Positions 48,124 to 56,660 of a DNA stretch of 64,000 bases are shown here, piece after piece. This DNA is from Thermoproteota archaeon (GTDB lineage: Archaea; Korarchaeota; Korarchaeia; Korarchaeales; JAOZGB01), in NCBI GenBank assembly GCA_037917685.1, contig JAVCBU010000014.1:1-64000 (forward strand), in the 5' to 3' direction. Positions within the stretch are counted from its first letter, which is position 1. Every line of letters begins with the position of its first letter. Position numbers and translations under genes: made by a program. A model generated the notes under the pieces. The model saw nothing but the letters and a program-made list of their open reading frames with translations. It was not told where the DNA came from and did not search any database.

Positions 48124-50577
48124 TTATGCTTCCAGCTCTATCGTCCCCACAGTTTCTTCCACTTCCTCCATTTTCTCCCATGCTTGAGTCGGTGTTGCAG
48201 ATGTCTTTGATGGGTAAATCTCCGCATCGGTGGCTACGATTACTGGGAAGCGTATGGGGGAGGCCATCCCCCATACGAGAGCATAGTGGTCCGGAAGATC
48301 AGGTAGATACCTAAATATTCTGCTTGACCCCTGCTCCGTATACTTAGCTATCGCCTCCTGGTCATTTCCAGACCGCATTCTAAAGCATACGACAGTGTTG
48401 CACTGGCTTATCACGTTTTTCGAGACGTAAGCTGGTCTCTGGGTTAGAATTATAAATCCTACATTGTAGCCTCCTGCCTGGCTTATTGCCTCAGTTATTA
48501 TCTTATCAATGCCTGCGGCCTGGGGGTTCGCGATCATCGGGGCTCCCCTCTCAGGGACGAAGTACTGGGCTTCTTCTACTATGTTTATCACGGAGAAGTC
48601 TCCCTTGTCTCTTCTTTCAATTGCTTCCTCCATAATCCTCTCAATTATACTTCTGACAGCCATGAACTGGTCCATGTAGTTATAATCCACGCTTAAGTCG
48701 ACAACTACTATTGGAAACTTCCTTACTACCTCAACTGGATCCAGAGGTTCGCTCATATCTTTTTCAAATAGAACCCTCCCCCTTCTCCTAAGCCAGTATT
48801 CTATCTCCTTTACGAGTGCTTCGCCGCCTCTCATGCTTGTTGATTCCACGATTTCAACGACTTCCCTGAGTATGTTCTCGGGGGTGAGCCTCTTCCCTCT
48901 TTCCCCAACAGATATTATGGCTTCGAGGGCAAGTTTGCCAACGCGTCGGTTAGGGTCGAGGCCGAGCATCTTAACCATGCTCCGCGGGTCTGGATAGCCG
49001 TTGTTCCCCATAAACTCTCGATAGGTGAAAATAGCCCCGCCGTAGTCTGCGAGTAGCGAGTACTCTCCTCTCCTGTCGAAAACTATGAATCTAGGCCTGG
49101 GCTTAAGGAAGGAGGCTGAGTTTCTAACAAGATTCAATGCGAAGGTGCTGTTGTGTAGGAAAAGCTGGTTTGCCATGAAGTTTTCCTCCATCTCCACGCC
49201 TAGGTCGTATACATAGCCGTCGAAAGGCATCTGGTAAACGTCTAACACTCTGTCAAGAATTATCTCTGAATCTAAAACCTGCCGGATGAAGTTTATTGAT
49301 TTTTCAGCTTCTTTAGTCTTTAGCTTGGAGGATAAGCTAAGCATGTGGGCTGGTAGACCCAGTGAGAAGCTCGGCTGAACCCCACCTAGATCTTTGTAGA
49401 GTGTGAGGATGCTTTTAGCCCTTTCAGCCTTTCCCCTTGGGGAGCCGGCTTCCTGGATCCATTGAACCTTCCTCTTGAAGAGTTTAGCCTTCTCCAGTCT
49501 TTCTGTGAGAAATCTACATACGGATTTCAGCTGCCTATAGCTTAGAGTATCGCAGCCTCTCTCGTATAGGGAGAGCTTACTCTGAGGTATCCCGGTTCTA
49601 AGTGACAGGCTCTCCTGGCTTAGTCCGAGTAGGATTCTAGCCCTGTGTACAATCCTAGAAAGGCATAGGTAGTCTTTGTCTTCAAGGGTGTATCCGCAGG
49701 ATTTGACTTTTGACCCGGGGGATATAAGCCAGAAATCTCTTCTCACATCTCTTGCTCTCTGGACGCGTACTCTTCTCCCATCCCAAACGAGGACTGAGTG
49801 GTCTCCTGTTACCCTTATGGTTTTGCCACTCCTTGTTATAATATTGTAGATCTTACGGTAGTACTTATGCCTGTAGACAGTGTAGACCTTGCCAAGTGTA
49901 GGCTTATAGGATACTCTGTTCAGGGCGATAGTCATAAATCTTCCATCAAGCAATATTTGCCTTACACCGTGGCGGTAGAATCCATCCACAAAGTCCTTTA
50001 TCTCACAGTCAACTGTGACGGCTTCCCTGGCATCATATACTCTTATAAGGGCATCGCCGGAGATGCTTTTACCGCTCCTCGTCATCCCTGCCACAAACAT
50101 GTGGCCTCTCGCCACTCCGTCAAGGTCTAGGGCGTAGGGCATTTCAAGACCTTCAACCTTTCCGATTGGAACCATAATTCCCCCAGAGCCGTGGCTGTTG
50201 AGGAGGTAGCCTATAAAACCCTTCAACAGTTCAACGTCGGCTTTGTATATCTCGCTCCACGTTGGAGGGGCAACGTCAAGGCTTCTAAACTTTCCATCAT
50301 AGACGTATCCTAGAGGCTCGCATATCGCTACAAGGTACTCGAGTTCTTTCCCAAAACCCGCAGTAATACCTATGCTACCGGCCAGGGCGCCTATCCTCCC
50401 AGCCTCCATTCCATAGTTCATGCTCCTGATATCGAAAACCCTAATAATCACTGGAACATCATGGTATGGATGTTTTAACATGAAATACTGTCCAAGCTTC
50501 ACTTTAGAGTCCCGTTTGACAACGAAGGCTATTTTCCTCGGGCTGCAGTTATGAAGCGTGTACCCTACAACTTTCAT
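48124..50577 (-). CDS. herA: HerA/FtsK-family ATPase (HAS barrel plus ATPase) interrupted by an intein
   Basis: HMFVAGMTRSGK/S, FDRRGEY, IVEEAQ, TQRP, SQCNT; downstream of nurA with overlapping start/stop. Confidence 0.88.
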   Translation of the reverse strand: MKVVGYTLHNCSPRKIAFVVKRDSKVKLGQYFMLKHPYHDVPVIIRVFDIRSMNYGMEAGRIGALAGSIGITAGFGKELEYLVAICEPLGYVYDGKFRSLDVAPPTWSEIYKADVELLKGFIGYLLNSHGSGGIMVPIGKVEGLEMPYALDLDGVARGHMFVAGMTRSGKSISGDALIRVYDAREAVTVDCEIKDFVDGFYRHGVRQILLDGRFMTIALNRVSYKPTLGKVYTVYRHKYYRKIYNIITRSGKTIRVTGDHSVLVWDGRRVRVQRARDVRRDFWLISPGSKVKSCGYTLEDKDYLCLSRIVHRARILLGLSQESLSLRTGIPQSKLSLYERGCDTLSYRQLKSVCRFLTERLEKAKLFKRKVQWIQEAGSPRGKAERAKSILTLYKDLGGVQPSFSLGLPAHMLSLSSKLKTKEAEKSINFIRQVLDSEIILDRVLDVYQMPFDGYVYDLGVEMEENFMANQLFLHNSTFALNLVRNSASFLKPRPRFIVFDRRGEYSLLADYGGAIFTYREFMGNNGYPDPRSMVKMLGLDPNRRVGKLALEAIISVGERGKRLTPENILREVVEIVESTSMRGGEALVKEIEYWLRRRGRVLFEKDMSEPLDPVEVVRKFPIVVVDLSVDYNYMDQFMAVRSIIERIMEEAIERRDKGDFSVINIVEEAQYFVPERGAPMIANPQAAGIDKIITEAISQAGGYNVGFIILTQRPAYVSKNVISQCNTVVCFRMRSGNDQEAIAKYTEQGSSRIFRYLPDLPDHYALVWGMASPIRFPVIVATDAEIYPSKTSATPTQAWEKMEEVEETVGTIELEA
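49150..50067 (-). mobile_element. Intein (306 aa, Ser1...His-Asn, +1 Ser) in the HerA Walker A motif, containing an XRE-type HTH
   Basis: Block A SISGDA, block B VTGDH, block F YVYDLGV, block G ENFMAN.LFLHN/S; removal restores GMTRSGKST. Confidence 0.92.
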
Positions 50578-51713
50578 TTCACACCACCCACAACCCTCTC
50601 CCCGTACTGTAACACTAAGAGCTTTAAGACATCATTCGCCAGTTCTCCATCCTTAACAGCCTTAAGAACCTTTGAAATAAAGCCTAGAAGCATGCTATCA
50701 GCAACCTTATCGGTTACCTTTGAGTAGTCGTCCACTATCATCAGTGGAACCGGCACCCCCGTGGAAGGCTCAGCCAGATGATAGAGCAGAGTAGCTAGCC
50801 CTCCAATGTTATCACGATTCCAGCCCGAGACTTCGACTCTGTAAACTCTTCCTCCAACACTCTTCATGTAGAAGCAGTATAAACCGTCGAGGATTTCTGT
50901 GTCACCATTAAAGTATGATTTATACCTGGAATATGCTATATCACCTATTTCTATCGGCCTCGTGAACTCGCCCACTTCGAGAACCTGGGAAAGCAACGCC
51001 GAATCTCTAAGCCTCAAACCAAGCTTTTTAGATAGGAACATGCTCCTGCTACGCTTGACGAAGCCTATAACCGGGATCTCCATATTTCGCGCCTTGGATA
51101 ATAGGCTGAGGAGGCTTCCGACAAGTTTCCTCATATCTTCCTTTAGGCCTAGAAGCTTTAGGTGTGATGGCGCAACTATGGGGCCGTCGAGGATAAGCAT
51201 GTCAGGCCTCCAGAGGTTAAGAGCACGAATCCCCATTTCAAACTGTAGATGATAGCCTAGAATCGATGCTTTGAGCCTCGGCCTCGAAACCTGATTCCAT
51301 AGGCCAAGACCCTCCAGGATGCCTGCTATTGGCTCTGAGACTAGGTTTGAACCTTGGAAGAGACCTGCAACACCGCAGATTACAGGTATGAAACCGGAGA
51401 TCAGCTCTCGGCCGTTTATTCCCACGTCTACACATGCGAGGAGCCATGTTTCATTGTTTTGATATGTTGATATACGGCCTGCGACAAGGTTACGGTATTC
51501 CTTAAATCCAGCCGAGAAATTTTTGAAGATGGAAAAATTATCCTCTAATATGCTGTTGAGGAGGACGGGTATACCCCCGATAGTATCATATTTTACTCTT
51601 AGATTCTCCCTATTATCCCTGGCAACCATACTTCCGGACAATGTGACACCCCGGGGTGCCTTCTTCACACTATTCGAAGCCATAAGCATAAGTGTGAGAA
51701 GGCTAAGACTCAT
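50574..51713 (-). CDS. nurA: NurA-family nuclease
   Basis: ACVD, FE, ILDGP, GFVKR, YRVE, GVPVPL..VD; adjacent to herA. Confidence 0.8.
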   Translation of the reverse strand: MSLSLLTLMLMASNSVKKAPRGVTLSGSMVARDNRENLRVKYDTIGGIPVLLNSILEDNFSIFKNFSAGFKEYRNLVAGRISTYQNNETWLLACVDVGINGRELISGFIPVICGVAGLFQGSNLVSEPIAGILEGLGLWNQVSRPRLKASILGYHLQFEMGIRALNLWRPDMLILDGPIVAPSHLKLLGLKEDMRKLVGSLLSLLSKARNMEIPVIGFVKRSRSMFLSKKLGLRLRDSALLSQVLEVGEFTRPIEIGDIAYSRYKSYFNGDTEILDGLYCFYMKSVGGRVYRVEVSGWNRDNIGGLATLLYHLAEPSTGVPVPLMIVDDYSKVTDKVADSMLLGFISKVLKAVKDGELANDVLKLLVLQYGERVVGGVK

Positions 51714-51793
51714 AAGCGGTTAGAATATTTAAATTACTCGCCTCCTGGAGCTCCATGTCAGGAAAAAATGATGATTCCAATTTTTTCAGAGAT

Positions 51794-51866
51794 GTTGGAA
51801 AGTTTTTGAACCATAAATTTTATATTTTACATCAGCCATAATTTATTTGTTCAAAAAATTTTGATA
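51794..51866. promoter_or_regulatory. Two imperfect palindromes, consensus GTTCAAA-N4-TTTGAAC, in the divergent promoter region
   Basis: GTTGGAAAGTTTTTGAAC at 51794-51811 and GTTCAAAAAATTTTGATA at 51849-51866, flanking TTTTATATTT. Confidence 0.55.
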
Positions 51867-51903
51867 AAATCTAGGAGGCTTCCTCACAGGGAGAGGATAA
51901 ATC

Positions 51904-52677
51904 ATGGCAGACATAGTATACATAACAGCTCAAGACCCAGATGAAGACCTCATGATGACATGTCACAGAAGCAAACCAGCAAAAAAGATAATCGTAATAC
52001 GAGATGACGGTTCATACGGGAGCGAGGAGTGGCAGATACAATGTGAATCCACGGTTCAGAAGATAAAAAGGGGGGTATCCTATGCGGGAATAATGGTGGA
52101 AGAAGTCACAGCACCCTACGGAAGCCCGCTCCTCCTACTAAAAAAGGTGGAAGAAACAATAATGTACGAGAAAGGACAGGGAAACGAGGTATACGTAAAC
52201 ATAGGCGCAGGAGACAAAATAGTAAGCACAATGCTATACGTTGCCACAATATTCGCGGGAGGACACCCAGTCAGCCCAAAAGACTATAGAAGCATAGAGC
52301 TACCTCAGATTCCAATGGTAAACATAGGCGAGAAGTCGGTGAGAATACTGAAATTCCTCGTAAAGGTAGGGGGGGCTTCAACCCTAGAGGAGCTTAAAAA
52401 CGTTGTTATAGGAAAGGGTGGGAAACCCTCAAAGTCCCTGGCCCACTACTACATAGTTAACGAGCTGGCTCCCTACAACCTGGTAGAAACGAAGAGAACT
52501 GGGAGAAAACTAAAAGTAGTAATAACAGATAGAGGTAGAACAGTCGCACTACTGGCTGAAGCCTACATTAGAGCTCTAACGAGGGGTATGAAAGCCGTCG
52601 GTAAACCTGAGATGAAAATCGCGGCTGCACCTGTAACCTCTGAGAAGACTATAGCTCCAAACCAGCTGTTAGAGTAG
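51904..52677 (+). CDS. CARF-like plus wHTH transcriptional regulator (Csa3/HFX_2341/DUF6293-like)
   Basis: Rossmann-like N-terminal domain with EVYVNIGAGDKI, IELP linker, wHTH ending TGR...V.ITDRG. Confidence 0.8.
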   Translation: MADIVYITAQDPDEDLMMTCHRSKPAKKIIVIRDDGSYGSEEWQIQCESTVQKIKRGVSYAGIMVEEVTAPYGSPLLLLKKVEETIMYEKGQGNEVYVNIGAGDKIVSTMLYVATIFAGGHPVSPKDYRSIELPQIPMVNIGEKSVRILKFLVKVGGASTLEELKNVVIGKGGKPSKSLAHYYIVNELAPYNLVETKRTGRKLKVVITDRGRTVALLAEAYIRALTRGMKAVGKPEMKIAAAPVTSEKTIAPNQLLE

Positions 52678-52712
52678 GAATCCTTATAAAGAATAATGTT
52701 CAATCTTCAAAT

Positions 52713-54158
52713 GTGAAAGCTAACACCTTAATCCTCCTATCCATGATAATACTAAATCTAACCCTCTCTAACTGTCAAGGCCCCGAAGTAGTAAATATTA
52801 AGGCAGCGAAAGACACCTATATAAGCACAGCAAACCCGAATGGTAACGCAGGCTCATCTTTCGCGTTGTACGTGGGGTACCTGGGTGAAAACAGAAATCA
52901 AAGATCCTTAATCTACTTCTCCCTTGCATCCATACCCAGCGAAGCCTCGATACAGAAAGCTGTGCTGAAAATTTACATGAACGCCTTCTACGAAAGCCTT
53001 TCTGACACAATGACCATTAGAGTGCATAGGCTTCTGAAAAGCTGGACAGAGGGAACAGGCAGCTCCATGGCTGAAGATGTTAGGGATGGAGCCTCATGGA
53101 TTAAATACTACCCTGGAGAATGGGATAACCCCGGGGGAGACTTCGACCCGAAAACAGAGGCTTCAGCACAGGTAGACGGGAGCATGGTGAACAGCTGGAT
53201 AACTTTCACCATAACCCAGCTTGTTAGAGACTGGTATCAGCACAAGTATCCAAACTACGGATTAATCCTGGAGGCTGATGAATCATGGTGCTCCGCAACC
53301 TTCTACTCAAGCGAGTATGAAGCATATCCCCCAACCCTTGAGGTAACCTATAGTACAGGTGAGGCGGACTTCACGGTTACAGTTACCCCTCAGACAGGCG
53401 AGACGGAGCCAGGAGGCCAGGTGGAATACCATGTAGAAGTTACCCCCACGGAGTACTTTACATCTACAGTGACAATATATGTTCTAAACCTCCCGCAAGG
53501 CGTAACATACAAGCTTTCAAAGACCCAGGGAAAGCCCCCACTAACATCCACGTTAACTCTTACGGTCCCCGAAAACGTCCAGCCTGGCGAGTACACCTTT
53601 AAAGTCCAGGTAGAGGGGGGAGGATTGACGCGTGTTAGGACTGCGAAAGTTGTAGTGACAGCTGCACCTCCTACCACCATTCCACCTACAACTCCGCCTC
53701 CAACCACGCCCACAGCGGGATTCGACTATAGTATAGTAGTTGATAAGAACAGTGTAGAAGCAAGCCCGGGAGACCAGGTAACCATAACGGTAACTGTAAC
53801 GTTGATTCAGGGAACACCAGGGCAGGTTGACTTAACTGTGCTAGGGCTTCCGCAGGATGCAACCTATACGTTAAGCCCAGCTACACTTACACCTACAGCG
53901 TCGTCGGTCCTAACGGTAAACCTTGGATCATCCACAGGGGTCTACACGCTACTAATACAGGCAACCGGGGGAGGCCGGACAAAAACACAGACCGTAATAT
54001 TAAGGGTTAAGAAGGCTGCAGGGTTAACGATAAACATCAAATGGCTTGGCATAGCTGCCGCGATCATAGCTGCCGTGATCATAGTAGCTATTCTGGCGGC
54101 GAAAAGAAGGAAGCCTAAGCCTCCAGCTATCCCACCGCCCCCGCCGCCACAATTCTAA
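52713..54158 (+). CDS. Cell-surface DNRLRE-domain protein with two Ig-like repeats, P/T linker and C-terminal TM
   Basis: KDTYI...N.G, RSLIYF, SWTEG, NYGL, F.SSE..PTLEVTY; PPTT linker; TM followed by KRRK and poly-Pro. Confidence 0.85.
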   Translation: MKANTLILLSMIILNLTLSNCQGPEVVNIKAAKDTYISTANPNGNAGSSFALYVGYLGENRNQRSLIYFSLASIPSEASIQKAVLKIYMNAFYESLSDTMTIRVHRLLKSWTEGTGSSMAEDVRDGASWIKYYPGEWDNPGGDFDPKTEASAQVDGSMVNSWITFTITQLVRDWYQHKYPNYGLILEADESWCSATFYSSEYEAYPPTLEVTYSTGEADFTVTVTPQTGETEPGGQVEYHVEVTPTEYFTSTVTIYVLNLPQGVTYKLSKTQGKPPLTSTLTLTVPENVQPGEYTFKVQVEGGGLTRVRTAKVVVTAAPPTTIPPTTPPPTTPTAGFDYSIVVDKNSVEASPGDQVTITVTVTLIQGTPGQVDLTVLGLPQDATYTLSPATLTPTASSVLTVNLGSSTGVYTLLIQATGGGRTKTQTVILRVKKAAGLTINIKWLGIAAAIIAAVIIVAILAAKRRKPKPPAIPPPPPPQF

Positions 54159-54218
54159 ATGCGCGTCAAACATGTCGGCATTACCGCATTAGCATCGTTC
54201 GGCAATTAGTGGCTTACT

Positions 54219-56408
54219 TTAGGCTACCATCCCCAACTTATTCTGTCTCCTCCGGTATAGCGTGTATATAGGGTTTAGAATGTTTTTAAACCCTATTTTT
54301 CCGGTAAGCTTGCCCTCCCACTTGGAGTGGAGCTTCTCGGCCTCATGGAAGGCCTTTTCGGTCAGGACGTGCTGCTTCCGCCCTTCTTCAAGCTTTGCTT
54401 TAGACTTTAAGTCTTCTACTTCACCTATTATCTTCGACTCTAACGCATCCCTGAACTCTATCAGGTAAAAGCTGTCTCCTACGTTTCCAAGGCTTACTCC
54501 TGCAAGGATAACGTATCCATTGTCGGCTGATCCCTGGTTAAGTGCTGATATGTAGATGCATCTCTCCTTCTCCCACCTAAGGTATATCATGGCTATCTCG
54601 TCGAAGGTCATCCATCTAACCTTCCCCTGTTCAACTAGCGGGTCAACCACTTCGGAAAGCCATTTATCATAGGCGTTCAGCACTCTTTCAACCTCTTCCT
54701 CACTCCTCCCGCACTGGTATAGGTGGGAGCTGAACCACCAGACGTTGATGAACCTGTGATCAGCGTCCTCCAAAGCCTTGTAGAGGGACTGCGACGCCAG
54801 TTCAAAACAGTTTCCACCATTCCTGCAGTCTATCTCAAATCCTTCACTGCACATGTACCATCCGGGAATATACACGATGCTTCCCCCCACATCGTGAGCC
54901 AGCCAGGATGGGTCTCTAAGGTCGATCATCTGTGTCGGGGGCAGTATCCAGGGGTGAAGGCAACTTGGAGGCTTCCCAGTCCTCTTGTTATAGGGTTTCT
55001 CAACAGCTGTCATTGAGGTGAAGCCTAAGCCGCCCTCCACGGTGCCTAGGAGGTTAACATTCTCCATCTCGAACCCTCCGCCTATGTTAGTGGGCTCGTA
55101 GCCAACAGCACTTGCAACAGCCCTCTTAACCTCAAGAGTGTAGAGGAGCTTTTCCTCGTCTGTGTTGAGGTGAAGCTCTCTGATGTGGTGCCCCATGTGG
55201 CTTTGGACGCCTACTCCATGACCCCTTTCCACAAGTTCCCTGAGGATGCGCCTTCCAAACTTTACATCTGCCAAGGCGAAGTTCTTCTCAGTCTGGACCG
55301 AGATTTTAGCCCCATGCCTCTCAAAGACATTTGCAAGCCTGTCCAACACGTCAGCGTACTTCTCGAAGAGAGCCCTGTCATCGTCGTAGTATCTTCCCTC
55401 AACCATCTCCTCTATATGAAGCTGGAAGGCAACGAGTAGTACGTCCTCCTTACAGTCGAAGGGACTGTTCTCCCAGCTCTCCCCTTCATCGCATACGCCA
55501 TTCCCACCTGTAGGCGGTGTCAAAACGTCTTTAACCAGGTCTGACACCTCGAACGTTGCCTCCTCACTCTCGAAGAATTCTCTTGCATCGTTGAAATACT
55601 CTGAGAAGGGCATTGAATGGGAGACATCGTGCCAGATAATCTTCCTCTCCCTGGCTAGGATTGCAGCGTTATAGGCGAAAACCCCGGACTCAGGCGTTAA
55701 AAGGGAGTCTCTCCTCCCCAGATGGAAATGTATCCTTCCAGTATAGTTTGGTAGGAAGTATAGGGGGTCAATCTCCCTCAGAATCTTACTGTCATATATC
55801 CATGAAGGCTTCTCACCTATACCTCCATATTCAAACACGTATTTAAGGTGAGCGCATGCCAGCAGGAGCACAGCCTTCTCTATTTGAGCCCCCTTCCCAA
55901 GGGCAACCCCGGCTACTATGCTACCTAGACTTCTCGAGATAAGGTAGACCTCCGAAGCACCCATAGCCCTGAGGGACCCGGCAATGAGCACAATCTCATC
56001 AGAACCCTGCCTAATCAGGTCAGGAAGCTGTTCAGCCCCCTGAAACACCCCTCTTTCCCCGTGGAACGGTAGATCAAATGAGAAAGTAGCATATCCAAGC
56101 TTCTCAAAAGCCTCCATGTCATCAGACCACACCTCCTTGCTCCTTCCGAGGCCGTGGACAAATATTATAGCCCTCCCATTCCAGTCTTCTGGTTCATGGT
56201 AAATGAAGGGAATATTACCAAGCATGTCTGTAAGCGAGACGCCTTTAGGGGCAGGGGAAAGGCTGGGTGTCGGTTTAACCGTTTCTATAGGTTTAGGATA
56301 TGGTGTAGGCGCCGCCCTACCATTCTGCATGAAGGCTAGGTACACGTAAAACGCAGAAGCCGCTACTACCGCAAGTAAGAACAAGGCTAATATGGTCCTC
56401 CTATGCAT
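54219..56408 (-). CDS. Membrane-anchored alpha/beta hydrolase fused to a polysaccharide-deacetylase-like domain
   Basis: HGLG, HGER, SRSLG nucleophile elbow; GNGVCDEGE...DC linker; LHIE...QSH..H. Confidence 0.7.
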   Translation of the reverse strand: MHRRTILALFLLAVVAASAFYVYLAFMQNGRAAPTPYPKPIETVKPTPSLSPAPKGVSLTDMLGNIPFIYHEPEDWNGRAIIFVHGLGRSKEVWSDDMEAFEKLGYATFSFDLPFHGERGVFQGAEQLPDLIRQGSDEIVLIAGSLRAMGASEVYLISRSLGSIVAGVALGKGAQIEKAVLLLACAHLKYVFEYGGIGEKPSWIYDSKILREIDPLYFLPNYTGRIHFHLGRRDSLLTPESGVFAYNAAILARERKIIWHDVSHSMPFSEYFNDAREFFESEEATFEVSDLVKDVLTPPTGGNGVCDEGESWENSPFDCKEDVLLVAFQLHIEEMVEGRYYDDDRALFEKYADVLDRLANVFERHGAKISVQTEKNFALADVKFGRRILRELVERGHGVGVQSHMGHHIRELHLNTDEEKLLYTLEVKRAVASAVGYEPTNIGGGFEMENVNLLGTVEGGLGFTSMTAVEKPYNKRTGKPPSCLHPWILPPTQMIDLRDPSWLAHDVGGSIVYIPGWYMCSEGFEIDCRNGGNCFELASQSLYKALEDADHRFINVWWFSSHLYQCGRSEEEVERVLNAYDKWLSEVVDPLVEQGKVRWMTFDEIAMIYLRWEKERCIYISALNQGSADNGYVILAGVSLGNVGDSFYLIEFRDALESKIIGEVEDLKSKAKLEEGRKQHVLTEKAFHEAEKLHSKWEGKLTGKIGFKNILNPIYTLYRRRQNKLGMVA

Positions 56409-56660
56409 GTAGATTCAACACCAAAGCAAATCCCCGCCACTTTTAATATAACATCTATGAACGAACCCTCCAGACAAATCATCAATCCAAGCATGGCCAG
56501 GGATAGGCAGCTCCGGGAAGCCCTGACACAGCTATACTCGTTGCACTTAGGATAATTACTGAAATAATAGCTTGTACTTTAAGGTTCAGCCGGGCGCTGA
56601 TGGCTAAATGTAGCCTCCTCGAATAACCTGTATTGCACATGTCAACATTTATAAGTAGGG

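Noticed and set aside
51768-51809. Box C/D sRNA (ATGATGA...CAGA...TTGA)
   Set aside because: D boxes are degenerate, the would-be guides are short and poly-U, and the sequence is better explained as promoter/operator.
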